Assembly (NCBI GenBank): GCA_021807125.1
Contig: JAKAPK010000002.1
Location: 14,120-78,119 of the forward strand
Source of the DNA: Nanobdellota archaeon
GTDB taxonomy: Archaea; Nanobdellota; Nanobdellia; Parvarchaeales; Parvarchaeaceae
DNA: 64,000 bases
Direction: 5' to 3'
Shown here: one piece after another, positions 1-9,236 of the stretch
How the letters are laid out: each line of letters opens with the position of its first letter
Numbering within the stretch: the stretch's first letter is position 1
Notes under the pieces: generated by a model
Seen by the model: the letters and a program-made list of their open reading frames with translations, nothing else
Databases searched by the model: none
Told to the model about the DNA's origin: nothing
Made by a program: the position numbers and the translations under genes

Positions 1-429
1 GCCGGGAGATAAATCCATGGGATTCTGAGTATCGACTATCGTTGCTGACACACCGGCAAATGCAGGTACTAAATCCTGAGAAAAGGGGACCTGTGAAGCG
101 CCTGGCGAGTAATCATACTGCACGCATGATAAAAATGACGATTCGGCCATCTTTGAAACGTCTATAACGCCAGGTTCGGTGTTGCTCTCTGTCATTATCG
201 TCTGTTTCCCTGCAATGTTTGTCATATAATTGTCTGTCTGCTGATAAGCAAAACAATTTGGAGAGGTTATAAGACGACTACCGATAGCGGAAGCGACTGC
301 CTGAGCATTTGCGAATACGCTTACGCTGTTTACGTTGGATATGCTAAATGACAACACTATTAATAACAAAGCGAACGACAGTATCAAGACTGCCGAGTTC
401 GTGAATGACATCAGTTCCGCTAATGGCAT
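1..429 (-). CDS. Membrane-anchored/secreted hypothetical protein, 3' part beyond window edge
   Basis: Hand translation from ATG at 429, one base after the stop of 431..2983: MPLAELMSFTNSAVLILSFALLLIVLSFSISNV...; open to the window edge; N-terminal hydrophobic helix. Missing from the ORF track. Confidence 0.8.
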   Translation of the reverse strand, partial: MPLAELMSFTNSAVLILSFALLLIVLSFSISNVNSVSVFANAQAVASAIGSRLITSPNCFAYQQTDNYMTNIAGKQTIMTESNTEPGVIDVSKMAESSFLSCVQYDYSPGASQVPFSQDLVPAFAGVSATIVDTQNPMDLSPG

Positions 430-430
430 A

Positions 431-2983
431 TTATCTCACCGTTGGTGTGTACACGCCTCCTGCTTGCGTCTGCACCAGGCTTAATCCTCCGTCTAATGCT
501 AGTGTATTATAATTATAGCCTAATAAAGTAGTGGAGGGAGTGTTCGGATCCACGCCGAAGACGTTGTTGTTCGATAAAAATGTCAGAGTAAAATCACTGC
601 CAGAGCTAGTAACCTGAAAAGTAATGTTTGAATATTCTGTCGGATAGAATGACTCGCTTGGACCTGACGGGAATGCAAACCCATTATATAGAGATGTAAA
701 GGCATTTGTCTGTATATGGCTGTTTATAAAATTGGTTACTGTGTTGGCACCAGGTATATTGCTTAAACCTGGAAGCACCTCCACGCCTACTATTGACCGT
801 TGTATATCTGGCGGACCTGGTATATAATTAGAGTCCGATGAAAGCGGAGATGAGAAGTCTAGGATAGAATTATTATTTATATAATATTGTGGATAGGCTG
901 TTGTTGCCGAGCTATAATATGGATTGATAAGTTTTATACTGTTTTTGCCTCCAGTCATGTTTGTCAGGTTAATACATGATATGGCTGTGCCGAACTCTGT
1001 TATATTATTCTGCGTGACGGCGTTGACAAAGGCGCCGCTCACTTGTGAGGAGGTAGTGTATATCGGTGCGCCGTTATCGTCTGTTATAAGATTATAAATA
1101 CAAAGTGTAGAATAACTGCCACCTGGAGGGGAATAAATTCCTAGACCTAAATAAGAGGGAAGAAGTATACTTACATTTTTAGAAGAACTTGTGCTTAGGA
1201 TCTCATTCACAAAATAAGCAAGTGTATGAGGGAACAGTAAGTTATTCTCTGGACACTCCGTATTGAAAAGTCCTTGAGATATTGCAAAAGACAGTGAACC
1301 ATTGCCTTCGGGTAAAAGTAAGGATTTGAGCGTGTTTCCTGGAGGAGGGGTGGTTTCAGCTTGAGTACATATATCCGCCAGATCGGTTATTACCGGCGTC
1401 GAAGCCACAGTGGCTCTTCCATTTGCTTGTCCTTCTAGATAAACTTCTCCGCCATATCCGATAAAATACGAGCCGAGAGGCTGAACTGCGTTCTGCTTAA
1501 AGTATACATCAAATAATGTAGTAAGCGCTCCATATTCTGAAAGTGCGCCCATTGCAAGATTACTGCCAGAAGAAGTGAGCGAAGACGCCGTCGGAAGATC
1601 TCCTAAACATGTAGCTGTACGTGCTGCGACCATAAGGCCTGTGCGTCCCACAAGCGCAACTGTAGAAAGAAGCGGGTCTCCTATCCCGTTGACGGGGATA
1701 TTGTTTATGAAAGCGCTGTTTGACGACAAAGTATTGGATTTTACAGAAACGCCGCTTTGAGGCGTGGAATAAGGATTGTAGGAGGTGCTGCTATTCGAAA
1801 ACTCTCCGAGAAGATCCTGGCTAAGCTGTGCACTTTGCACGGCCGTATTTATCTGGTCCTGTGCGTAGTATGACTGTCCAAGGTTGCTGTACTGGCCAGA
1901 CAGGTTTGCCTGCTGAACGTAATGATCGAGCTCTAAATCGAAGGCGGTTAATTGCGGTGGAAGAGGTTGCTGATTCTGGTATGAAGAAACTACCTCCAAG
2001 CCGTTCGAAAGGGAATTCCCGGACAGCGGCGTTACGTATTGGTCGAAATGAAAACCGTTTGTCAAAGAATTGACGACTGTCGCCGCTGATAAAAACGCCA
2101 CCGAAAATGTTATGCCTTTCAATCCGAAACGGATAGCGGATTTCACTATAGATTGCTTAAAATTGTTCTTGACGTTATTGGCGACATACTTTATATATGC
2201 AAGAACCCCGTTTCCTCTCGCTCTTGCCATCTGGAGAAGGCTGTTTGGCACATCTACCGTTATTGTTTCTGCGTTCTTCAGTCTGTTTTCCACTTCGGTG
2301 GAAGAAAGTATTTTACCTGTAGTCGCATCGCGCCATACTCCTTTTTTCACTGCAGGAGACAATGCACCTATGAACTGATCGTTCGATTCCACGTAGTCTG
2401 CACTAGTAAACCTTGTCGAAGCGATTTCATTCTTGCCAAGCTTGCCGGCTTTCATAGCATATGCCCCATCTTGGGTTATAAAACTGTCGCTCTGCTCCAC
2501 TGCGCTTCCTTTAAGATTTTCGACTTCGGGTAGAGTATCAGCAAGGACTTTATCGCTCGCTGATAAGGTCATTCTCTCCGCGTCTGTACCGACGCTTATG
2601 GGCCCAGGTTTTGACTTGGGACCTACACTAAGCATGAAACATATCGCAAAACTGTATTCTGCCGTGCCAACATCCAGCGTTGGACCGCTTGCATAAGATA
2701 TATTCCTTATGTCAGAACCGCCTGCACAATTGTATTTATCCGTCGCTGCAGACCACTGACAGAGGGAATTATTGCCGCTAAGTGTTATTCTCATCGATGA
2801 TGGTGCAGAATATAGGGCATTCTGTATAGCGCCTAGATTAGCGCCGAAAATTGAAATTGAATCTGCTCCGTTCTGCAGGAAAACGCCCTGCAACTGGGCA
2901 AAATAGATTCCTACAAGGAGAAAAGCGGCTGCAAGTATGATTACCGCGATACCTATGACTACCTGAGCATTTCTACTCAACAT
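431..2983 (-). CDS. Large secreted Ser/Thr/Asn-rich protein with class III (prepilin-like) signal peptide
   Basis: 850-aa ORF; N-terminus MLSRNA|QVVIGIAVIILAAAFLLVG resembles an archaeal type IV prepilin leader; many N-x-S/T sequons. Confidence 0.75.
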   Translation of the reverse strand: MLSRNAQVVIGIAVIILAAAFLLVGIYFAQLQGVFLQNGADSISIFGANLGAIQNALYSAPSSMRITLSGNNSLCQWSAATDKYNCAGGSDIRNISYASGPTLDVGTAEYSFAICFMLSVGPKSKPGPISVGTDAERMTLSASDKVLADTLPEVENLKGSAVEQSDSFITQDGAYAMKAGKLGKNEIASTRFTSADYVESNDQFIGALSPAVKKGVWRDATTGKILSSTEVENRLKNAETITVDVPNSLLQMARARGNGVLAYIKYVANNVKNNFKQSIVKSAIRFGLKGITFSVAFLSAATVVNSLTNGFHFDQYVTPLSGNSLSNGLEVVSSYQNQQPLPPQLTAFDLELDHYVQQANLSGQYSNLGQSYYAQDQINTAVQSAQLSQDLLGEFSNSSTSYNPYSTPQSGVSVKSNTLSSNSAFINNIPVNGIGDPLLSTVALVGRTGLMVAARTATCLGDLPTASSLTSSGSNLAMGALSEYGALTTLFDVYFKQNAVQPLGSYFIGYGGEVYLEGQANGRATVASTPVITDLADICTQAETTPPPGNTLKSLLLPEGNGSLSFAISQGLFNTECPENNLLFPHTLAYFVNEILSTSSSKNVSILLPSYLGLGIYSPPGGSYSTLCIYNLITDDNGAPIYTTSSQVSGAFVNAVTQNNITEFGTAISCINLTNMTGGKNSIKLINPYYSSATTAYPQYYINNNSILDFSSPLSSDSNYIPGPPDIQRSIVGVEVLPGLSNIPGANTVTNFINSHIQTNAFTSLYNGFAFPSGPSESFYPTEYSNITFQVTSSGSDFTLTFLSNNNVFGVDPNTPSTTLLGYNYNTLALDGGLSLVQTQAGGVYTPTVR

Positions 2984-3079
2984 AACTCACTAGATTTATT
3001 AAATCCGGGATATTAATAATTTAGTCGCATTCTGTTAACTAATCAATAAATTTTTATTTAAACCCTGATAACCAAAGGA

Positions 3080-5428
3080 ATGAAGGTGGATTCATATGAC
3101 TTGCTATTTGATATAGATTTTAACGAGCTTACATTCAAAGGAACGGATAAAATAAGAATAAAAGCCATTGGAAGCATAAAGCTTAACTGCGTAGATTTGA
3201 CTGTAAAAAACGTAAAAAAACAGGGAAAGAACGTAAAATTCAGATTAAACAAGGATATTCTAATTATACCTGGGACTTTTGATGGCATTGTTGAAATAGA
3301 ATTCAGCGGAAAAATAAATGACACGCTGACCGGGCTATACCGCGCCGGGTATGGGAACAATTACATGTTATCCTCGTTCCTTTCGTCTACAAATGCAAGA
3401 AAACTTTTCCCTTGTATCGATGATCCGGCGTACAAAGCTACTTTTAAATTAGCTGTACGAGTGGATAAGGCCCTTGATTGCATATCAAACATGCCTATAA
3501 AAAGTGTTGATGCTGAAAAACACAAAAAAACTGTGAAATTCATACGGACTCCGAAGATGTCCACTTATCTATTATACATAGGAATTGGTAAACTCGACAG
3601 GATTTCGGAAAACGTTAGCGGGAAAAAGGTATCCGTAATAGCCACAGAAGGTAAATCTAGATATGGTAATTTTGCACTCGATATAGCGAGACGCTCAATA
3701 GATTTCTTCGAAAGGTTCTTTGGGCATGTATATCCTCTGCCTAAACTTGATCTTCTATCGATACCGGAATTCTCGGTTGGCGGGATGGAGAATTGGGGTG
3801 CAATAACTTTCAGAGAAAGCAGTCTGATAGTCAGTCCAAAAAGCACCGTAATCACGAAACTAAACGCTGCCGATACTGTGGCGCACGAAATAGCACATCA
3901 GTGGTTCGGGGATCTGGTAACAACGAAAGACTGGAGCGACATATGGTTAAACGAGAGTTTCGCCACTTTAATGAGTTATAAATTTCTGAGCAAGGAATTT
4001 GCGGGATGGAAACCGATGTATGATTTCTTCGAGTTAAGATTTACAAGTGCATTGCTCTTGGACTCTCTTGATAGCTCACACCCTGTGATAATACCCGTAA
4101 AAACTAACGAGGAAGCAAATGAGGTTTATGACAACATAAGCAGCTATGGCAAGAGCGTAGTTGTGCTTCGCATGATCGAATCTTTTATCGGCGAGAAGAC
4201 GTTCGAATACGCCGTAAGATCCTTTGTAAAGAAACACAAGTTCGCAAATGCAGTAAGCGATGATCTGTGGTCAGCGTTCGAAGCCGAATCGAAAAAACCT
4301 ATAAAAAAGATTATGCACGGTTTTATCGAAAGGCAAGGTTATCCGTTGTTAACTGTAAGAAAGGATAAAAACGGAATAATCATAACCCAAGAAACTTTCA
4401 AATTGAACGGTAAAAAGAACAACGACGTGTGGTATGTGCCGATGACTGTAAGGATAAATGGTAAAAAGACCGTTTTTATGTTAAAGTCGAAAAACTCCAA
4501 ATTAAACTTAAAAGATATATCTTCAATAGAAATAAACGATGGCAATGTTGGTTTTTACAGGACTAGATATGAAGGGCTTGAAAAGGAATTCTGGGAATCG
4601 GAGCCTTCTGCTTTTGAAAGATGGGGTTTCATTTCGGATAAATTTGCGCTGTTGACTGCAGGGAGGCTTGGATTCGAAGATTATATTAAAACCGTCGAGC
4701 TTTTCCAAAATGAAAACGAGAACCTTCCTGCGTCAGAAGTATTAAGTGAACTCATGCTTTTATGGAGAATTAATGGGGCGTTGTGCAAGGATGCTACATT
4801 GAAATTTATAAACGGCCAGATTGGAAGAGTAGACAAAAGCGATGTTGACACTGACAAGATTTTGAGGGGAAGATTATATGTTGCACGTTCTATGCTAGAC
4901 TGGAATTTTGCGCATTATTTAGCACAGAAATTTGCTAATTTTGACAATGAAGATCCAAATATAAAAACTGCGATAGCGGTGGCTTATTCACTTACAGAAA
5001 ACAATATAGATGAATTAAAAAAGCGCCTTGAAGCCTCAACAATGGACGAGGAAAGACAGTATATGATAGCTGCGCTTAGCATGTTAAAGGGAGAAAACGT
5101 TGAAAAAGTGCTTAAGTACGTGCTTTCCGGGCAGTTAAGAAAGCAGGAATCTGCTGCATTGATAGTCACTATGGCCCTAAACAAGGATGCCGCTCCAAAG
5201 ATGTGGGATTGGCTGAAACTAAACCACAAAATTATATATTCTATATATAAGGATTCGCTGATGTTTTCGACGATATTGCAAAGGACACTCCCTCTGCTTT
5301 GGTTTTGTGATAGCAAAGAAGTCTCTTCTTTCCTTAAATCAAATGGTTATCTTAAAAACAACAGGGCTGCAAGAATCGGCCTTGAGCTTTTGGTAATACA
5401 TAAGAAATTAAAGGAAAGGCTAGGTTGA
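3080..5428 (+). CDS. M1-family Zn aminopeptidase (tricorn-interacting factor F2/F3-like)
   Basis: GGMENWG (GAMEN-type) motif, HEIAHQWFG...WLNESFA zinc motif, ARKLFPC, helical C-terminal domain. Confidence 0.95.
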   Translation: MKVDSYDLLFDIDFNELTFKGTDKIRIKAIGSIKLNCVDLTVKNVKKQGKNVKFRLNKDILIIPGTFDGIVEIEFSGKINDTLTGLYRAGYGNNYMLSSFLSSTNARKLFPCIDDPAYKATFKLAVRVDKALDCISNMPIKSVDAEKHKKTVKFIRTPKMSTYLLYIGIGKLDRISENVSGKKVSVIATEGKSRYGNFALDIARRSIDFFERFFGHVYPLPKLDLLSIPEFSVGGMENWGAITFRESSLIVSPKSTVITKLNAADTVAHEIAHQWFGDLVTTKDWSDIWLNESFATLMSYKFLSKEFAGWKPMYDFFELRFTSALLLDSLDSSHPVIIPVKTNEEANEVYDNISSYGKSVVVLRMIESFIGEKTFEYAVRSFVKKHKFANAVSDDLWSAFEAESKKPIKKIMHGFIERQGYPLLTVRKDKNGIIITQETFKLNGKKNNDVWYVPMTVRINGKKTVFMLKSKNSKLNLKDISSIEINDGNVGFYRTRYEGLEKEFWESEPSAFERWGFISDKFALLTAGRLGFEDYIKTVELFQNENENLPASEVLSELMLLWRINGALCKDATLKFINGQIGRVDKSDVDTDKILRGRLYVARSMLDWNFAHYLAQKFANFDNEDPNIKTAIAVAYSLTENNIDELKKRLEASTMDEERQYMIAALSMLKGENVEKVLKYVLSGQLRKQESAALIVTMALNKDAAPKMWDWLKLNHKIIYSIYKDSLMFSTILQRTLPLLWFCDSKEVSSFLKSNGYLKNNRAARIGLELLVIHKKLKERLG

Positions 5429-5429
5429 A

Positions 5430-6245
5430 ATGGAAGTGTTTGACTGCCATACGCACCCCACATTCAACTCTAGCATGTTTTCTGATGCAGCTAAATCGAA
5501 TAATATAGATTACTCAGAAAGCGGTCTGCTGCGCGAGATGGAAAAAAACGGTGTAGCTGGTTGCATGGCTATCGGACTTGATGAATCTTCTAACCGCTGT
5601 GTAGCCGAACTTGCGAATAGAAATAGGAATATCCTGCCTATTTATGGTGTCGAAACGCAGACTATTGAGAAAAGTTACGCTGGCTTAAAGAAATTGGCAG
5701 CGTCTGGAGTCTTCAGAGGCATAAAATTGTACTTAGGCTACGAAAACGTATATCCTTTTTCAAAAAGACTGGATAAATTTTATCGCTTGGCAGAGAACAA
5801 TGATATGACTGTAATATTCCATACCGGCGATACTTGGCAGTCTATAAAGAGATCAAAACAAGGTTCTATGGTAAAATATTCTCATCCGCTAAATATAGAT
5901 GAGGTAGCGACAACGCATCCGGAAATGAAGATAATAATAGCCCATTCTGGGAATCCGTGGACAGAAGACACGGCAGAAATAGTTTACAAGAATAAAAACT
6001 GCTATGCTGACATTTCAGGATGGTTCTTCGGTAAGCCGCAAAACGACAGTATGGATTTAATGAAAGACAAATTGAAATTTTTGGTGCGGTTCGGGGGAAA
6101 GGACAAGATTCTTTTCGGCACTGATTGGCCCTTGGCCGGCATGCACGATTATATAAATTTCGTATCAGAATGCGGATTAACATCAAATGAGATTGAACAT
6201 GTACTATACAAAAACGCTAAGAGATTGTTTTTTCAAAATAGCTGA
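5430..6245 (+). CDS. Amidohydrolase-superfamily metallohydrolase (Amidohydro_2-like)
   Basis: DCHTH, FHTG, IIAHSGNPW, YADISG and LFGTDWP motifs. Confidence 0.9.
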   Translation: MEVFDCHTHPTFNSSMFSDAAKSNNIDYSESGLLREMEKNGVAGCMAIGLDESSNRCVAELANRNRNILPIYGVETQTIEKSYAGLKKLAASGVFRGIKLYLGYENVYPFSKRLDKFYRLAENNDMTVIFHTGDTWQSIKRSKQGSMVKYSHPLNIDEVATTHPEMKIIIAHSGNPWTEDTAEIVYKNKNCYADISGWFFGKPQNDSMDLMKDKLKFLVRFGGKDKILFGTDWPLAGMHDYINFVSECGLTSNEIEHVLYKNAKRLFFQNS

Positions 6246-6289
6246 ATTTTTAAAAATTGAAAATACTAGAATTTTATAAATTCCAATAA

Positions 6290-6760
6290 TCAATCTACAA
6301 ATTTCCTGTCGCCGCCAAGTATTATGTACTTTATACCAAGCCGTCTTGCCATTTCGCCCTCTATGTCATCCCTGTCTCCTACAACTATTGAATTTTTAAG
6401 ATCAATGTTGTAATCATTTACGGCCATTTCTATAAGCCCGGTTTTTGGTTTCCTGCAATTGCAATTATCTTCAGGTATGTGTGGACAATGATATACGTTG
6501 TCGATTACTGCGCCGTTATCGGAAAGCCTGTGAGACAACTCCTTATTGAACGTTATGCAATCTTTCTCTGTGAAATATTTTCTGCCTATCCCAGATTGGT
6601 TTGTTACTATTATTATAATGTAGCCAAGTGATTTGTAATTTTTAATCATGTTCTGTGCGTCTGCATATATCTTTATTTTGTCTGGTTCGTGTATGTATCC
6701 TGAATCATAATTTATCGTGCCGTCCCTATCTATAAACAATGCCTTCCTTTTGTCACTCAT
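6290..6760 (-). CDS. HAD-IIIA phosphatase (GmhB/histidinol-phosphatase family)
   Basis: FIDRDGTIN, VTNQSGIGR, CPH...CNCRKPKTG and VVGDR motifs. Confidence 0.92.
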   Translation of the reverse strand: MSDKRKALFIDRDGTINYDSGYIHEPDKIKIYADAQNMIKNYKSLGYIIIIVTNQSGIGRKYFTEKDCITFNKELSHRLSDNGAVIDNVYHCPHIPEDNCNCRKPKTGLIEMAVNDYNIDLKNSIVVGDRDDIEGEMARRLGIKYIILGGDRKFVD

Positions 6761-6793
6761 ATGTTAGCGTAATAAGCTTTTTTCTATATAAGC

Positions 6794-7309
6794 TCAAATT
6801 TGACGTATCCTTCCAATAACCAAGCTTAAGACTTGCGAAATTGGTTTGTCAGTCGTATCTATGATAGTTTCGCCTTTCTCTTTGGAATCAATGGCTAAAT
6901 TGTAGAATTTCGATACGGCTCTTAAGGATATCTTTCGCCTTTTCTTTTCTCTTCTTTTTAGCTCTCCCAACGATGCCGTGAAAAAAAACCTTTTGACTGG
7001 CACTTTATATTTTCTTGCAGTCGTAATAAATTCATCTGAATACAGATTGCCCTTCTTATTTTTAAACAACAACGTCCCCTCGATAATTACTGTATATTTG
7101 TTTTTCAGATAATTGTCGAGTATCCTTTTTGTATTTTCCATAGCAATTTCGGGTGCGTCTCCATCTACGATTTCATGATAAAAAACTGAAGTGTGTATTA
7201 TTGCCGTTTTGCTCTTTGGAAAGAACGTTCTTAACTTTTCCGCGATCGTCGATTTGCCAGAACCTGCGGCTCCTCGTATAATGATCAATTTGTTCCTTGT
7301 TGTCTCCAT
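6794..7309 (-). CDS. P-loop small-molecule/nucleotide kinase (AAA_33-like)
   Basis: Walker A IRGAAGSGKST, VIIEG strand, basic lid region ELKRREKKR. Confidence 0.8.
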   Translation of the reverse strand: METTRNKLIIIRGAAGSGKSTIAEKLRTFFPKSKTAIIHTSVFYHEIVDGDAPEIAMENTKRILDNYLKNKYTVIIEGTLLFKNKKGNLYSDEFITTARKYKVPVKRFFFTASLGELKRREKKRRKISLRAVSKFYNLAIDSKEKGETIIDTTDKPISQVLSLVIGRIRQI

Positions 7310-7342
7310 TTGTTTATTTCCTATTTTTAACGCTAAAATTCT

Positions 7343-8959
7343 TTATTTGTCAACTTTTCCGCTATGTTCAAGCAGTTTATTTATTGCGGCAACGGCCTTT
7401 ATTATATCCTTTGGCGGTCTTGCAAGTGCAACTCTAACATTGTCATGGATTCCGGGTGCTTCAAAATTATAATAATAAGAAACCGGGATAACGGCGACTT
7501 TGTAGAAATTTCTCAGGTTTTCAGCAAACTCTAAATCGTTCATACCTGTTTTACTGACATCTAGCATGCAAACCGATGAACCCTCAAGCGGATGCAAGGA
7601 TACTTCTGGGTCTATATTCGCTTTTATGTAATTGTAATTTTCCGCAACGATATCATTAAGGTGTTTTAGGTAACTGATAAATCTTTTGTCGGTGAGAACG
7701 CTCGAAAGCAAGCATAAATCATATTTATTCAATTGAAAAAACATGTTATCAATTCTGTGTTGCAGTCTATCTTCAATGTCTTTTGAATAGGCTATGCATC
7801 CAAATTTTGAGCCGTCCAAACCAAGTATCTTGCCAGTATCACCTATAATCATATAAGAAGGTTTATGCGGCAGCTTCAAACGCGTAAGCATAGGCACGTT
7901 TATCTTAAATGGCGTAATTTGGGCGAACACACAATCCAATATTAACAATCTTTTCCCATCACAAAGTTTAGCTATCTCTTCTATGGTTTTCTGTCCATGT
8001 ATCTTGCCTAGCGGGTTCTCAGGTATAGTCAGTACTACTGCAACTGTCCTATTTGTGATTTTCTTTTGTAAGTCTTCAATATCGGGGGTGAAATCCTTAT
8101 GCCTCTTCGCATAAATTACGTTGCCCCCCAAAGACCTGATTATATTTGGATATGCATCATAACCTGGTTCAAACATTATTACTTCGTCACCCGGAGTAAT
8201 TATTGCATAATCTATTGCAATGAGAAGCGCATAAGTGGCAGTCTGGATAAGTTTGATATTGTCCGTTTTAAAGACGTTAGAAAAAAACCCTTTAATGTTA
8301 TTTATCAGTTTGTTGTTGTCCATTTTGATGAATTTTGACGCGATGCTTTTTCTATAACTCTCAATCCAATTCGGATTTATACCGGATGGGTAGCTAGCAG
8401 TTAAGTTTACAATATCGCCTGGATTTGTGTACAGCTCCCGTTCAAGCGCCGTCTCTTTGGAAGTTCTTGGACCGAAGAACAATGGCTCTTCAAGAGCGAC
8501 ATTCCAAATAACATCAAAAAATTGCTTGTATAGCTGATAGACGGTTGGGTTATCTAAAACCGTTGTCTTTATTTTATTATTCTCAAACGAGCATACTCCT
8601 ACTTTACCGTCCCACAGATAAAAATCACAATCTACGTTCACTAAATGTTCAGGGATGAACCTGGCTGTGAAATGATCTATCCACTTTGGATTGCTAAAAT
8701 GACTATGAACTACCTCGATATTTTCAGGCGTGTCCGTAGCTATAAAACTATCGTGTCTACCTTTCTCCGCTATTTTATTTCTATACTCAATAACTATCTC
8801 CTTGAAAGCGGGATGCATTTTTTTCTTTATGTTTACATACCCAAAGGTATCGCTTTTTCCAGCTGCCACCAATTTAAGTAAGTCGCCATAAATAGCGGTG
8901 TCTCTCTCCGAGATTGTATCTTCCTTTTTTATTCTTACCATGCTTGAATATATCTTCAT
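7343..8959 (-). CDS. Fusion of a TrmB-effector/PLD-fold-like N-terminal domain with a fold-type I PLP enzyme (MppP-like)
   Basis: C-terminal ~375 aa have EPGYD, PENPLG, LILD and IIGDTGK (PLP lysine) plus VRVALARP; N-terminal ~160 aa end in FYLWDGKVGVCSF...LYKQFFDVIWN. Confidence 0.8.
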   Translation of the reverse strand: MKIYSSMVRIKKEDTISERDTAIYGDLLKLVAAGKSDTFGYVNIKKKMHPAFKEIVIEYRNKIAEKGRHDSFIATDTPENIEVVHSHFSNPKWIDHFTARFIPEHLVNVDCDFYLWDGKVGVCSFENNKIKTTVLDNPTVYQLYKQFFDVIWNVALEEPLFFGPRTSKETALERELYTNPGDIVNLTASYPSGINPNWIESYRKSIASKFIKMDNNKLINNIKGFFSNVFKTDNIKLIQTATYALLIAIDYAIITPGDEVIMFEPGYDAYPNIIRSLGGNVIYAKRHKDFTPDIEDLQKKITNRTVAVVLTIPENPLGKIHGQKTIEEIAKLCDGKRLLILDCVFAQITPFKINVPMLTRLKLPHKPSYMIIGDTGKILGLDGSKFGCIAYSKDIEDRLQHRIDNMFFQLNKYDLCLLSSVLTDKRFISYLKHLNDIVAENYNYIKANIDPEVSLHPLEGSSVCMLDVSKTGMNDLEFAENLRNFYKVAVIPVSYYYNFEAPGIHDNVRVALARPPKDIIKAVAAINKLLEHSGKVDK

Positions 8960-9106
8960 AACTTAAAATATATTGCTTACTCCAGTTCTTTAATAAAAAA
9001 TAATTTCTCAAAGAAAAATTATAGTAAACGTCTGGATTTTAAACCAACGACGACAGATTGAAGACACCTAATCAGTGCTTTGACGACGAAACGTTACAAA
9101 AAATAG

Positions 9107-9179
9107 TGCTCCCACCGGGATTTGAACCCGGGTCTGTGACTCGAGAGGCCACTGTCCTTGGCCGCTAGACTATGGGAGC
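9107..9179 (-). tRNA. tRNA-Glu (anticodon CTC), intron-less, CCA not encoded
   Basis: Reverse complement GCTCCCATAGTCTAGCGGCCAAGGACAGTGGCCTCTCGAGTCACAGACCCGGGTTCAAATCCCGGTGGGAGCA: acceptor stem GCTCCCA/TGGGAGC, anticodon arm GTGGC-CTCTCGA-GTCAC, T-loop GTTCAAATC. Confidence 0.97.
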
Positions 9180-9236
9180 AGATATAATCTATGTATTAGA
9201 ATGGCTTTTATTTAAAGACAAACTGCCGACGAAAAC

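Noticed and set aside
8960-9106. Possible ncRNA or att site downstream of tRNA-Glu (GACGAC/ACGACG repeats, weak hairpin)
   Set aside because: Pairing is imperfect and I found no second copy of the tRNA 3' end.
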